Assembly (NCBI GenBank): GCA_949358305.1
Contig: OX442314.1
Coordinates: 11,470,001-11,534,000, forward strand
DNA: 64,000 nt
Origin: Strigamia acuminata
Lineage: Eukaryota
Direction of reading: 5' to 3'
Below the pieces are notes generated by a model that saw only the letters and a program-made list of their open reading frames with translations, was not told the DNA's origin and made no database searches. A program made the translations under genes and the position numbers. Below are positions 12,065 to 26,281 of this stretch, one piece after another (position 1 is the first letter of the stretch; each line of letters opens with the position of its first letter).

Positions 12065-14154
12065 TCACGTGGCCTCCTTGGAATCCGTGTCGGTTTCACT
12101 GGTTTTACAGTTCTGGTTGACGACGCATTTGCGCATGTGCTTCTCGAGTGTACTGGGCACCGAGAAGGGCATGTCACAGAAGCGGCACCTGTACACGTCC
12201 TTGCCCACCCGACCGTGCGTCTTCATGTGTCGCGTCAGTTTGGAGCTCTGCGCACAAGCGTAGCTGCACAGCTCGCACTTGTACGGCTTCTCTCCCGTGT
12301 GAGAGCGCCGGTGCACCGTCAGGTTACTGCAATTTTTGAACACCTTGCCACAATACTCACACGTGTCGTTACGACGTTGCTCCTTAGACTTGCCATTGTT
12401 GCCAGGGTTGCCCAACATGCCGGGCAGCAGGTTGCCGGCAGAGGCGCTGCTCGTGCCTGGCTTCGAGTCGGAGAGGCCACCCACGGACTTCAAGGCACTT
12501 TCGTTCGACGACGGCTTGGAGCGACTCAGGTCCGAGTCGCCGCCACCTCCAACCCCCACGAAGATGTCCCTGGGCGTGGGCATGGCCGGCAGCCACAGAC
12601 CCGCGTAGAGGCTCTCCCTCTCCCGAGCGTGCTCGCTCAGCTCGAGCTTGATGCGCTTGTTGCTCGCCTCGAACGGATTGTCAAAGGCACCTAGCAGCCC
12701 GTGCCCCAGGTCCAGCGGCGGCTGCCCGATCACGCCCTTCGCGAACTCGTCGCGCATCCGCATAGTCCGCTCCAGCCCGTTCTCGGCAATCACGCGTCCG
12801 CCGTCCGACAGCAGCGAGCCGGGCCGCTCCTCTTTGATGCCCCTGGCCGCGTTGCTCTCCTCGAGCGCCTGCTTGTACGCCTCGTTGTACTGCTGGATAT
12901 TGCTCAGCCCGATCTTCTCCATCACCTCGCCGAGCAGCGACTGCTTCTCGCTGCTGTTGTTGTTGGAGCCCGAGTTCTGGTGGTGGTGGTGGTGATGATG
13001 GTGGTGGTGCCGGTGCGGGTGCGGGTGCGGGTGCGGGTGCGCGTGCGCCGCCGACGTCGACGTGGGAGCGGGGGTGGCCGAGGCCGAGACGGAGGCCGAG
13101 GCGGACGCCGACTTGGTCGTCAGGTCCTCGGCCATCTCGCTGCCTCCTTCCTCGCCCATGTCGTCCTCGTCCATGTCGTCCTCGTCCAGTTCCTCCTCCT
13201 CCTCGTCCTCGTCGTCGGGGTCCTCTTCCTCGTCCATTTCCCCCGTGTCCACCGAGGCCGGCGCGTCCGAGCCCTCTTCCTCGGCGTTGTTGTACTTGCC
13301 GTTGCCGTGCTTCGAGTCCGGCGTCGAGCTTGTCGAGTCGATGCTCGTGTTCTCCGATATGGTCGACCCCGGCGACTTGTTCGCATGGGTCTTCATGTGG
13401 CGCTTTAGCTTGCTGGCCTGAGTGCACGCGTGGTTGCAGATGTGGCACTTGTACGGCTTCTCGCCCGTGTGCGACCGCCGATGCACGATGAGGTTGCTTT
13501 GGAAGCGAAACGCCTTGCCGCAAAACTCGCACGACTTCAACTTGGGAGTGGACACGGCCGAAGGCATCTCACCTCCGCTGCCGCCGCTTTTGGCCGTCGG
13601 CGTCTGCGACGGTTGAGGCGTCGACGACTGGGACGAAGGGGGCTGCGGACTCGAGAACGGGGGCGTCAGTTTCCTCGGGGAGGGAGAGGCCGTCGGGCTT
13701 GTGGTGCCCGCCAACTGACGGAGCCTCTGCGAATAAAAGTCTAGCGACGGTTCCAGGTTCAGTCCGATCGAGCGCGGTCGCTCGAAGTGCGGGCGCTCGA
13801 ACGGGTGGTGGTCGAAAGGCGGGAGCCCCAGACCGGGATGGTTGATGCGGAACTGGTCGTTGATCAGTTCCATCCGAAAGTCGTGACTAGATGGACGGGC
13901 GAAAGGATTGTGTGTGTTGAGCGCCGGCGCGAACTGCCGTTCTGCTAACGGCATCCGCAACAGCGAGAAGGGGTGCGGAGGAGGCTCCAGAGGGAGGTGC
14001 GGTGGTGGAGGCTGTTCTGGCATCGTCGCCACGACGGGCGTCACCGGACCTTCCACGTAGATCTTCATCCCGTGGATATTTTGCACGTGCTGGAGCAAAT
14101 GCCATGCTGAATTGAACGTGTGTTTGCACGTTGAACAGACATAGTTGTTCGGCT
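12065..14154 (-). CDS. BCL11A: Last coding exon of a BCL11/CTIP-family zinc-finger transcription factor (ZF1, ZF2-3, acidic and His-rich tracts, ZF4-6, stop)
   Basis: Acceptor ttttttttgtaattctAG| precedes 14154 (phase 1). Translation begins (E)PNNYVCSTCKHTFNSAWHLLQHVQNIHGMKIY (BCL11 ZF1). It continues with LDFYSQRLRQLAG, then CEFCGKAFRFQSNLIVHRRSHTGEKPYKCHICNHACTQASKLKRHMKTH, then CEYCGKVFKNCSNLTVHRRSHTGEKPYKCELCSYACAQSSKLTRHMKTH..CRFCDMPFSVPSTLEKHMRKC. These closely match BCL11A/B fingers. TGA at 12067-12065. The symbol denotes the invertebrate BCL11A/B co-orthologue. Confidence 0.96.
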
Positions 14155-17100
14155 CTAGAATTACAAAAAAAATTTATCAATTAATATATGAATCAATTTG
14201 CAATTTTTTCCATTTTTTCAATTTGTTCAATTTTTAAAGTCATTTTAGTTTTTAATTTTTTTTTCTATTCCGCTCTTAAGCACGAGTAATTTCGATTAAT
14301 GCGCCTCGCAGGACACTCTTCTTGTTGATCTTTGGTTTGTGTGAGCCACTTTGCACGTCTCCCGATCGAGATTAAAACAAATAAACCGAGCACATTACGA
14401 GCGCTATATTCGGGCAATTCCATTTTCTTAATCTGAGACTATTGCAAAATTATTGCAAATTTCACACTCGCAAACGACCGACCACACGCACAAACGGGTT
14501 CGCTCTGCCCCCGCCATTATGCTTTTCCACGACCCCCAAGCCCTCTGAGACTCGCGTCACCACCAATCTCATTTGGACGGATGGCCATCCCAGTCCCACG
14601 TGGCCCAAGAACTTGCCCTCCCGTCTCGCGAGAAAAGGAGAGATCACCATTTATGTCCTTGCTTAAACTTAAAACTGATATGCTCGCCAAACAGACGCGT
14701 ATGCAAACGAGGGGCACCGAGGGAATTCACCCTACACCGAGCGACATCTGTCTTCAAAATAATCGCCACGCCCGCAACAAAAAATCTTTTCTCCACTCCT
14801 TTTCCCACTATAAACTGGACAAGCCAGAAGTAACATCATTTATTTGTTACGCGCGTTAATTGTTATGCGGGAAAAGCTAACCACGACGGACGGGGGACTC
14901 CGGGATCACAGTCTGGGATTGATTTCCCCCCAAACCATCATCACATGCTCGCATCCCCTCGGAAACAACCCCCTCCTTCACCTTTATCGTTGAATAAAAA
15001 CCCCAAAAACCTCAAAATTACCTCATTCAGGCAAATTTTGCATGGCTTCACCAACCCTAACCTATAGAGGGAGACCATATCATCAAACGCCAACTCATTC
15101 CATCCCATTCAACAATAATTTTTCAAAAAAAAAAAAAAATTAAAAATAATAATAACAATAACAAATCTTTTTTTGCCATTTGATATTTTTTCCACGGCAC
15201 ACGGAAGCCGTTAGAGAAAAAAGTCAACAAAAAAAAATGACTGGACAAAAGAAGTGGACCTTTTTTGTTGCCTTATTTTCCCCTTTTAAAATCTCCAAGT
15301 CAAAGTCCAACATGGCATTCGTCAGTCACAGGGTCACATTTTTGACGCGTCGACCCCCGCCATCTTTTGAATCGAGGGTGCCTGGCAGATGTGATTAGAA
15401 TGCAAAGTCCGCACTCTTACACCCTCTCACAATGGACCATCACACCTCGTCACCCCCTACGTCCATCCGTTGCCTTGACGACTACCGACCTTCCCTTCAC
15501 CCAAACAAAAAGATAAAAAAAAAAAAAAAAAAATCAAAATCAAAAAACTCCATTTTATTTCCATTTTTCCTTGTTGCGCCCATCACAAACAATTATTTGC
15601 AATTCGCATCGCATCTATGTATGCCAGACGAGACCCACACGGCCCATAACTAACCGCAGGGTGTTGAAAGTGCGTTCAGGTAGCAAGACCACCAGTCGAG
15701 ATTCTTATTAATATTCTCAGAAAACCTTCAAAATAAACCTTTAAACTCCCGTCTATTTTATGCCGCATGTCGCTTCCTCTTTATTTATTTCGACTTTATG
15801 AACAATCTTATCACAATAAATAGACATATATATGTGTTTACATAAAAAAATTTAAAAAAATAATAATAAAAATGAAAATCACGTGAACAGACTCGAGGAT
15901 GTGGTCAGTGCAACTGCCTTCCCTCCCCGACGACCGTTTGTCAAGACCAGGACGCATTCCTGCGTGTCGCACGCGTTGCCCGGCAACTCCATCCGTGCAA
16001 TTTCCCAGTTCAAACATTAACGACCAACAGCCAATCATCCTTTATTCCTTCATAAGAGACCCAACAACTGTTTAATCCAAAGCGTGCAAAAAAAAAATCA
16101 CCCTGACCACCAACCATTCTTCACTCCCACGCATCCGAGGGTCAACTTCCATTTTTTTTTCATATCAAACAAAAAAAAATTTTTTTTAAAGAAAAAAAAA
16201 TCAGGTTTACAAAAAAGGACCTTAAAACGCACTCCCTTGTGCATTTTTTACACACGGATCAAGTAGCCACCACCCATCACTATAAAAGAAATAAAGAAAA
16301 CCGGAAACGGTCGTTTTTTCCCTTCTTTTTTTTAAAAAAAAAAAAAATTTAAAAATAAAAATTTATTATTACTTTGAAAACTAGTAATTATATCACGATG
16401 TCCACCCGCCTCCTCCTCGTTCTCTGGAAAATTACGAGTCCATGTTTCATGTCCATCACCAATAGCCATCTGGGTTGAGACCCTTGAAATGACCTCAAGC
16501 TCCCGGGGTCTCTCTTAAATTATAATCACAAACCCTGGCCAGTCTTAATGCCCGAAGTGTACATTCCTTCACGTGAAACTCATGCCCTATGCCCACCATT
16601 AAATTCCCCATTTTCAGACCCTCGGACCCACCACAAAAGGTCACTCCCGAATAAAGTTCTCGTGTTATCACCGTTAGAAAATACAAGTAAAATTCAACGA
16701 AATAATGTCGAGTTAATACCCAAAGAGTCTAGAACGTGACCAATGGGCAGTGGGCAAATAAAGATGGACCCTCCTTCATGAATTTTCAGCTTCACGAAGT
16801 GCACTTTGATATCGTCGAGCAAATGCGGAAATAGATTTATTGTTGGGTCATTTATTGCGTGCAAAATTCGATGTTTGAAGAGAGAGAGAATAAAATATCA
16901 AAGAAATTGAAAAAATTAGAATTTTTTCGGTTTGGAAAATGAGAAATTTGTGTGCGGGAAGGGTTAGCACGTGCAAAACGTGGAGTACTACAATTTCATT
17001 CATGACTTTTGTAGCGCTGTCACTCGAGACGCTCGGTAATTAGTTTTGGTATTCAAAAGAGGAATGAGTCTCCGCCTCCGTTCCCGCTTTCTAATACGCG

Positions 17101-18123
17101 CGATCGTCTTCAGATGGCGCAACTCGACTATTACCAATCGACGTTTTAAATTTAAAAAAAAACTTTCAAAAAAAATAAAAAATAAAGAATTAAAATCCAC
17201 ACAAAAAAATAAAAAAAAGAAGATATTATCAAATTATTTAATTTTTTCTTTCCTCCACCCTTGTGAGAATATTTAAACGAGAAATGAGAACAAAAAAAAA
17301 CGCCCTCAACTTATGATTTTTATCAATTTATTATCAAACCAAACCCGGGCTGTGTTTTGATTTATAAGGACAAAAAAGAAAAGATTAAACTAAATACCTT
17401 CTCTGTTTTTAAAAAAAAAAATCCTAATCCATACTTATTTGATACTAATCTCAATTCCGTGCAGGTGTGAACTCACATTTAATCACGGCTTAACTCATCT
17501 GTTATGTCAGGTACAAATTCTTTTAAACATTTTACACGTTTCCCAAACAAGTATATAAATATATTTTGCATCTATTTACTTCAAACAAAATGATAAATGT
17601 CCTTGGCTGCAACATATGGTCTGGCGTGAGAAAACGAATTGCATTTTTTCATAACTTTTTATTGTTTTCTCTTAGCTAAGCAAATAAGCCGATGCCAATC
17701 GAGAGCGAGAGCCACAGAGATGACCACTTGTGCAGCTTGTGGCGATGAATAGAGCTCAGCTGTCATGGCTACCCCCAGCTGCATTTTCTTTTATGTTATG
17801 ACGTTTTGTTGACGACGTCTGGCGGAAAAAGTTTCATTACCGCTGAAGAAGTGGGTAAACACATTAAAACAGTTGTTTCATTTCGCCAAACGGGACAACA
17901 GTCGCCCAGACGAATTCAGCAGCACGAACCCAACAAAAAGCACTGACCAATCACCCTCATACATTTCCCCTATATAATAAACAACTAACCATTTCTCCAA
18001 AACCCTAAAACCCAAACTTAATCTCACTCTTTTTTCCCCTATTCTATACTATTGAAATCGCGCTTAACGACTCCGACATAAAACTCGTTACGGTAGTGTC
18101 AAAAACTAAAATATTTTGTGTTT

Positions 18124-18160
18124 TACTTCAATTTTAAAACAAAAATGACATCATTTCCTG
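18124..18160. repeat. 37-bp exact dispersed repeat (second copy 24057-24093)
   Basis: TACTTCAATTTTAAAACAAAAATGACATCATTTCCTG occurs identically at both positions. Confidence 0.85.
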
Positions 18161-19289
18161 TCCTATAACATAAAAAAAAACTTATTTTTGAATGAAATAA
18201 ATAAAATAAAAAAAATTTTTTTTTTAAGATGTAAATGTAAGTTTACACTTGACAACTTGTATCCACGTGTTGAAATTGCAGAAATAAATTTTCTTTTCCT
18301 CGTTGTCTACAAAAGATCTCATTACACGACCACTCATCAAACTGTCTTTCAAACCACAACTGTAATGCACTTGTTTACGATCTCCACTCTCCTCCAAACA
18401 TCTCTTGGATGGTCACTAGGTCCAGGTTTAAGAGTGACCATTCAACATAAACGGCCCCATCAACACGAATACAAAATCCAACACACGTAAAGACCAAACT
18501 GACAACTTCTCAAAAAAATAAAAATAAATAAAAATCTAAAACAAGATTCAACACGTCATCGGCACATCACTTCAACATTAAAACCAAAAAAACTCAAAGG
18601 AATAAAAAAGAGAAAAAACCATCAACACGAGTACATCTTTAATCATTACTATCATTTACAGAATAACATCCCATTAAAAACAAATTCCAACCTCATAAAT
18701 TGATACTTATGTTATCTCCCCTCCTAAATAATTACATTAAGTTCTAAAAAAAAAAATCCCTTCTTAATGCCACTTCCAATTCTTCACTTACACGGCTCCG
18801 TGTGTGCGGTGCGTGCGCACTCGCTGTCAATCGAGTGACCCACCAACTCTGAAGGGAGTGGTCCCTAAGCCTCAGTTCTGTCAGTCACAGAAACAGATTG
18901 GCTCTAGCACTAACCTCAGCCCATCTTTTCGCATTCCCCCACCCAAAAAGACGCTCGCAATTAAAATAATCGCCAATCTTGAACCGATTCAATTATTTTT
19001 GCTCTTCGTAATAAGTTTCATTCTATATAACCTGCATTCATAAATCCATTTAATTTATAACACGCAAAATTTAAAAAATATAAACAAATAAAAATGTGCG
19101 TGTTTAAACTGAATTATCAAGTGTTCTGTGTTTGTATTTTTCTGTTTGAAAATATCGTTAGGCCCGTATCCGCAAGAATCAACAAAATCAAGAATATGAC
19201 GTCACTGTAATGGCGCCCTCCCCCAATGTTACGTCGCTTCCGTCACTCATTCGTCATTTCCAGTTTGGAATCACAACTTCATGACTTTG

Positions 19290-19443
19290 ATAATGACTTA
19301 AACAGCTTTTTAAACAGCTCGTCTTGATCTAGCTTGAAAAAATGGCGGCCGATTTAGTCTGTTTTCAGTCGCAGTGCGCATGCGCACAACATTGAAACAA
19401 CATTTTTAACTGCAAGTTAAACATGACTTTTATGAATGCGCCT
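19290..19443. mobile_element. Dispersed repeat / MITE fragment, same family as 53667-53898
   Basis: Colinear shared blocks with 53667-53898; ends in ...TTTATGAATGCGCCTA. Confidence 0.7.
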
Positions 19444-22400
19444 ACTTTTATTGTCGAGTTGCGAAAGGTAAAGATTTTTCTTGGCCAGCGATATGAAAAG
19501 CTGACATGCGGCCACTAAGGATTTTTCCTATCAGAGTGAAACAGGGTGCGGTCTCGACCCATCTGTCATGGCTCTGACCAGACGAGGCATTAAGAGTATG
19601 AGCAAAAGAGGGGAGTGGAAAAGGGAGAATAAAAAATAAAGTTATGTCCATTCGGTGTATAATACACTCAACACCAACACGCTTGTGGATTTTAAATACA
19701 TTTTGAATATATTTCCCACGTTTTATTCACAATTTTCAATGTTTTTGTACGTCTTCAATGCGATTCGTGGCAAGCTTCGTCCGCGGTCTCGTAAAAAGAA
19801 TTAATTTTAGACCCTCTTTTCATTTTAAATCAAATTATAAACCCATTGAAATCAATCAACCCACTTAAACTCCCTTTTAAATACATAAGTAAGCCAGTAA
19901 GAGAGGGGAAAAAATGAAGAGGGAGAAGAGAAAAAAGATTAGCCGGTGTCGTTAAGCGATCGCAGCGCCGGTAACGGTAAAATGAAGAAACGAGATGAAT
20001 TCATCGTCGCCGTGGTTTAAGTTTCTACAACGGCCTTCGCCGAGTAGGTCAAGGCCGACGATCGTAATGATTCCTCTTCCCGGTCGTAACGGCGCAGAAA
20101 CACAAATTGAACCCAGTTCGCTCGAAAATTTTTCATTCTCTTCGAATTTTCTTTTTAAAATTATTCATTTAAATTGCAGTATACTAAGAAAGGAAGAAAT
20201 TTATCTGCGTACACCACGGCCTACGTTCTGCTCAAGTTGTTTGTATCATGTTTCAAGTTCATGCTCACACGACACGCAAGAAAAAATTTCTATTAAAAAT
20301 AACACTGGTCGTTAAAAATAAAGATTTTTCTTTCTGTCTTTTTAGGCCTACTCGACTTAGGCCTAACTCATTGTTTCGTGTACAGCCAAAAATGTGTAAT
20401 AAAATTCTCCGTGTTTTAAACGACGTTGTTTCTGGCTATCATTTCCAAACAGTAAATTACACGGCAACAAAATGAAAATTGGCAAAAATGATGATTAAAC
20501 TCCGTATAATTTCTCCATTTCCACCGATTAATTGTCTATTAATATACTAGCCTACCTTTTATTCTGTCCATTTCGCCGTTATCCCTTGTGGTCAGCCATT
20601 TGGAAAATTCATGCTTCCAACAAAGAGCATGTGACTTCACCAATAATTCCCGCATTTGCGTATTGTTTCACTATTTCAAGGGACAATGGCCAATTTATTT
20701 CTCACAAAATTAACATTTTAAGTAACCAACTTTACGTTTCGACGTGTTATTCATTCAAACACACACAAAACCCGTTTTTGCGGTTGAAAAACATTAACGT
20801 ATCTACTCGCTGCCGTTAAGACTTGAACTCGGGAGAGGAAATACAAATATCTCATAAAACCCACGCCAAATTATGCCACGTTTTTACCTTTAAAAGGAGT
20901 TGAGAAGAAAAAAAACATGATTAAAACATGAATATACTTTTACTGTTTACGACTTAAACGTTTTGTAATTCCCCTCCAGTGTAAAAAAATAAAATAATTA
21001 CCACTTGTTTCATTTTTATTCCTTAAAAACATTTGCTAACCTGTCCCCTCCAAGCAACAAATCCTCAACCATTTTCCACTGCAACATCTTTAAAAATAAA
21101 GCCAAAACTAAAATTCCCTGCACAAAAGCGAATAGAAAAGAAAAAGAAAAAAATGCAAGTCGTGTTCGGTAAGGGGGGAACGTCTCCTTATCTGCATTTT
21201 GTGTGCTGACCGCAAAAAGAACTGACCACCGGCCATCCACTCATGCACGCAAACCCCAGCCGCAACATTTCCATACGAGAGCGTGAGCATCATCATCTAT
21301 AACATCCGTTTCCATGGTGACGGGCCAACCAAGATTCTGTGGCCAGTGTCGGCCTCAAACAAACAGCGTCTTCAGACATCCTTAATAGGCAAATATTTTC
21401 AACCGGTCAACTCCCCGCAGTCATGGCTGGACGACAAAAATAAGAGGCAATTTACGTACCACATGTTCTCAAAATAGAACAAACTTGAAAAGTAAACAAA
21501 CTGCCTTTTCTTCCTTCCCATTTATTTTTTCTTTTTTATTTTTTTACTTTAGAAAAAAAGTTGCAAAATTTGCATAATTTAGTGCGAAATGAAGATACGG
21601 AATTGATGGTCAATGTCAGGGTTTAAGGAGGGGGGAAAAACTCATTAAATAATGGGTCTTAGATGCAAGAATAGGCTTTTTCCAGCCTGATCAAAGTGCC
21701 ATTCATCTGCATATTGATTTTCTCCCGCGCCCACAAAAATATAACTGCCCTTCGCATATATCAAGATAGCCTCATGTGGTCAGTGAAGGGAAAACAGCTT
21801 TTCTCCCTTTTTTGCCTCGTATATACCATGGGAGCCCACTAAATGATAAGAGTGCTTTGATTTCGACAGTTGATAAACGGAAAAAATTAAACAAAAAAAC
21901 GAATAGAAATCCTTTCATATCAAAAATCAATGCACACTAAACTAGGCCTAAAAAAAATAAATAGAAAAATTTAATTTTCATTTTTTCCCACACTTGTCAG
22001 GAGAAAAAAACGTATACAAAAAAAGGAACGAAATGCGAATCTTATTCGCACGAAACCGGATTCCCACTGTGGGTCTGAGGAAAGTGACCATCAAGAATTT
22101 TTAATGAAAAGTATATCGATTGGTGCAAGTGTCAGTAAGATGAATCCGGTGATCTCGTCACCAATGCGTCTATTTAAATGAGGGTTCAGGTTGAGCAGCG
22201 TCTTGTGGAGAGATGACACGCCGCACCCCTTTATCTCTTTGCTGCTGGTCAATACGTAACGCGTCGCTCGTTTTTCGCATGATCCTGCAACCCATCGATC
22301 CCATTTCCCTCCTCGTGACCCAACTGCCCCCTCCCAAAGAAAAAAAAAGTTGCACACGCTGCAACAAACCCAAAGGCGGGAATTGCCGTTGCGATTGACC

Positions 22401-23914
22401 ACTGGGTTGCCCAGTAACAGCCAACATCCCACGAACGATAATTAATCGAGAAATATCCGAATAAAGACCCCCAGTGCCTGGCAACGGCCAATGCGACGTG
22501 ACAAAGTCGAAAACAAAGACGAATATATCATATAAAAAAAATAACGAAAATAATAAAATGAAAAAAAAAAAGATGGCGGATAAAATTCAAATTGAGCTCT
22601 GTGGTAGGTAGGAATTATCAGTGCGGAATTATCAGGGGGTAAAAATTCGGTTGAAATGTGGCAGGTCTATGTATAGAAAGGAAAGAGTCTCATTGTACTC
22701 ATTCAATGACCAGTCTCCCAGCAACGCCAAGGTCCCTTTTGTACAGTTTCCAGGAGGAGAAAAGACAGATTCTTATCACTCCAGATTGTCCACATATCAG
22801 AATGTTAAAAAAAAAATAATAATATATATTTATATTTATATTTATATAGATAAAAAAAAAAATTTTAATTTAAAAAAATATTTATTTTTACCAACTTTGG
22901 AAATGTCAACAGCAAAAATAGGCGTTGCGGCCTACGCCAAATAGTTTTTAAAGAGTGCGAAAAAGGTTTAAGGAAGCTACAATTAGCAGCGCAATGGGTG
23001 CCAAGGATTGTGTGTTGCGTCTGCCTTTATTTATGGCACACCTTCGTTTTTGCAGCCGTCCCGCAAATAAATTCGGGCCCCTTAACATCACAAGTTGTTG
23101 TGACAAGTTAAAACGTGGCTGACACGCCACAAGGAAAGACCAAAGGTGGCTCAATCGCCTCCTCCCCGTCTCTTTTTGAACGCTCTTCGACGAGCCGAGA
23201 CGAGACGAGCCAGGCAACTTTTATTAAATAAAGTGAAAAGATCATTTCCTGATTGCGACATATTTTGCGCCATCTTTATTGAGTTAATGGATTTTCATGA
23301 GGGGCAGTTTGACATCCACAGATATGGGCGTGCGGCGTCAATTAAGGGACATTTTCCCCAAAGATGGACATGTATTTCACTTTATTTTCTCCTTTTGATG
23401 CGACAATAGATTCACACTTGTCACGTCGTGTCACAATAAGTGAAAAACAAAATTAAAGAAAGAAAAAGAAATAAGTGAATGGGGGTCCGAGAAAAAAAGA
23501 TGGATGATGTGTTAGAAAAAATTTGGGTGAGGGGAAGTTGGGAGTGTTGCTGCGGTGGTCAGTCGGAGGGGGGTTGGCCAATTATTTCGTGCATTAATCA
23601 CCCCGCTGGCTGAAAGGCCTGGTCCGCGCCCCCATGTAGCAAGATCAGATCGCAGTCGCAGGAAACATAAAAAATGCATTAAACAGATTGTGGAAAAATA
23701 GTCATAAATCAGATGCAACTTTTGCCTTTGCTCGTGGACTACGGCCATTTTTATCCTTGGTGGCACCCAAGGGTGATGACGATACACCACTCACAGCTTT
23801 TTATGAAATTAATCCTACAATCCAATCTCGACCACACCCTTTAGACACAAAAGTCCCATATTACCATAACCCGCCCCCCCCACGCCCCCCCCAAATAATA
23901 AAAATAAAAAAATA

Positions 23915-23965
23915 CACTGGATTATCCAAACGTCGGTTATGCGAAAGACTGGTTATCCCAATAAC
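23915..23965. mobile_element. Fragment of the GATTATCCGAAC-type MITE family
   Basis: GGATTATCCAAACGTCGGTTATGCGAAAGACTGGTTATCC is approximately the reverse complement of 34270-34312. Confidence 0.6.
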
Positions 23966-26040
23966 GATGATCGATCTTTTACCGATGTTTCAACTTCACG
24001 TACAGCAGGGCTTCTTGAGTATATAGGTGAGTATATACTGTATACATATACGTATATACTTCAATTTTAAAACAAAAATGACATCATTTCCTGCCATATT
24101 TATTAAATTAAACTATATTAATCATTTATTTATAATTAGAATTAGCAATTTCTCCACTTTGTGTACCTTTGCTGGACTACGCGAACAATTTTGCGATCTC
24201 AGAATGGAACTCGTTACTTACTGTACAGTATTGTACATAAACCTTATGTCTGATTATGCAAACAAATCGGTTTTATGAACACCCAAGTCTCCCGATTAGT
24301 TTGGACTATCGATACTACTTTGCATATAAAAAAATAATAATATTTTTATAAAATTAATTCAGTTTGACCTAACTTGTTGCTTCATTTCTTGCACAACTCG
24401 CATATCCACAGGTAGCTCGAGTTGCAGACCCTCACACAGATCTGCAAGCGATAAGCCGGTCAAGGGAGGGTGAGTTTTTTTTTTCAATCCACACCCTTCT
24501 TTTCTCGCTGCTGGGTTCCATTTTTTTTATTCCATTACATTTTTTTTCTTTACATTTTTTTTTTAGAAGGGGGTCGGTGTACCAGTGCATTTGCCTCCCT
24601 TTCCACGCAAGGAAGAAGCAGCCGCTGGGTCCAGGGCTGACCATTATAAACGTTGGCAAAACTGGTTTTGCCATCTTATGGTGTGACAGCTCAGCAATGG
24701 ATGGTCACGGGTCAGGGGTCACCTTCATCCGTCCTTGCAGAGTTGCCAGCCATCAGTGCGGGGGCTTCGAATGCAACCCTCATGAATGTTCACCAATTCG
24801 GTAAAATACTCACCACCGACGTCCATTAGGAGCTATTGTAAAAGACGCTCCGATGACCAACTCATCGTCCCCTCGTCCACCCCACGTCTTCACTGCCTCG
24901 ACCACCACAGAGAAGCCGACTGACTTTTTAATTTTTATACTTTTTTTATTTTATAATTTTACTATTAGGTTGCTCTGTGAAAAATTCCTGCGCTGACCCC
25001 TGAGACGACTAAGTAACTTTGACCATCCCGTTCACCCCTTGCAGCAGCTTCGGGTGATGAATTCCATCAAGGCAAAACGCCGACCACAGTTACAACCCCA
25101 CGCCATCTGGAGGAAGTCAGCACAAACTTAATTTAGGAGGGCATCTTTCCAGTTTCCTTCCCCAACTAAACTGACCAGCAGAGGTCACTTTTTTCTTCCT
25201 TTTTTTCAGATACACAAGAGCCGGGTGAATGAACCGCAGAGGGGAAAATGAAAACGATGATCATCCCACTATTATAAATTAATGTCCATTCAAATCTTAT
25301 CAGTGGACACTCTCCCTCCCTTTCCCCACTTGAAACTCCAACAACAAGACACCTCCAACACCCCCAAAACGAAATCAAAGTGCAATAAATTTACGAGGAC
25401 GAGGCACCTACACAATAGAAGAAAGATAAAAAAATGAAAAAAAAAAATAGAATAAAGAGTCTTGTGTCGTATAGGAGGGTCAGCATCAATTTCCGTTTTA
25501 TTCTTCGAGCTGAATCCACTCGAAAACTGACCAATAACAAAAAAAAGAAGAGGAAAAAAAGTTGACTATCATCGTGCCATCCTATTCCCCATCCACCCCA
25601 CTAGTGTCGATGAATTCGACAAGATTAATGAAATTTTCTTTTCTTTTTTCACTCCATGTGGCATCATCCAGCAATATGCAATTGAGTGGAGGAGACGGGT
25701 CACGGGGGTCGGCGCCATTACTGCCAAACTCGGCATCCCCATCGAGGAATACACACGCTCCACTGGTCATTAGTTGATCGCACTAATGTCAAAATTGAAT
25801 TTCACAGTGTACCGAGAGAATGTTTCTATAAACACTCACATGCACTCTATACTTCATCAATTCCCCTCGTCCCCACAATTCCACCAACTTTGCGATGACC
25901 AGTACACAATTTTCAAATTAATTCCACCCGGCCATTAATCAGAACAATTTTTGCGGTTTTTTTTATATCCATCACTAAGTAATGCAACATTCCCACAAAA
26001 CCCAAAGATTGATTAATTTTGTCTTCAAAAATGGCGCCTT

Positions 26041-26094
26041 AAAATGGGGGGAGTCGCATTATACGCGGGTCGGATTATACGCGAAGATATACGG
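26041..26094. mobile_element. Right terminus of a CCGTA-type mariner/pogo-like MITE
   Basis: GTCGCATTATACGCGGGTCGGATTATACGCGAAGATATACGG|TA: a tandem TTATACGCG subterminal repeat followed by a TACGG-TA end. Confidence 0.55.
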
Positions 26095-26281
26095 TAAGTG
26101 AAATAAATTAAAATAATGCAACCTATCTCGGTAGAACCTTCACTTGTGAGTTGTGACGATGTCAATCTGACATCGCTTTATATATTTATTATATCGCCAA
26201 TTACCAATTTTTAATCGATATTTAAATAAAACTTACGCATGCGCACTGGAAATTCGAAATATTCTAGCGTGCTTAAGAGCG

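Noticed and set aside
12069..13744. Multiple long antisense and alternative-frame ORFs over the last exon (e.g. 12701-13408 +, 12681-13532 -)
   Set aside because: Expected shadows of a very GC-rich coding exon; low-complexity Arg/Gly/Val translations with no domain.
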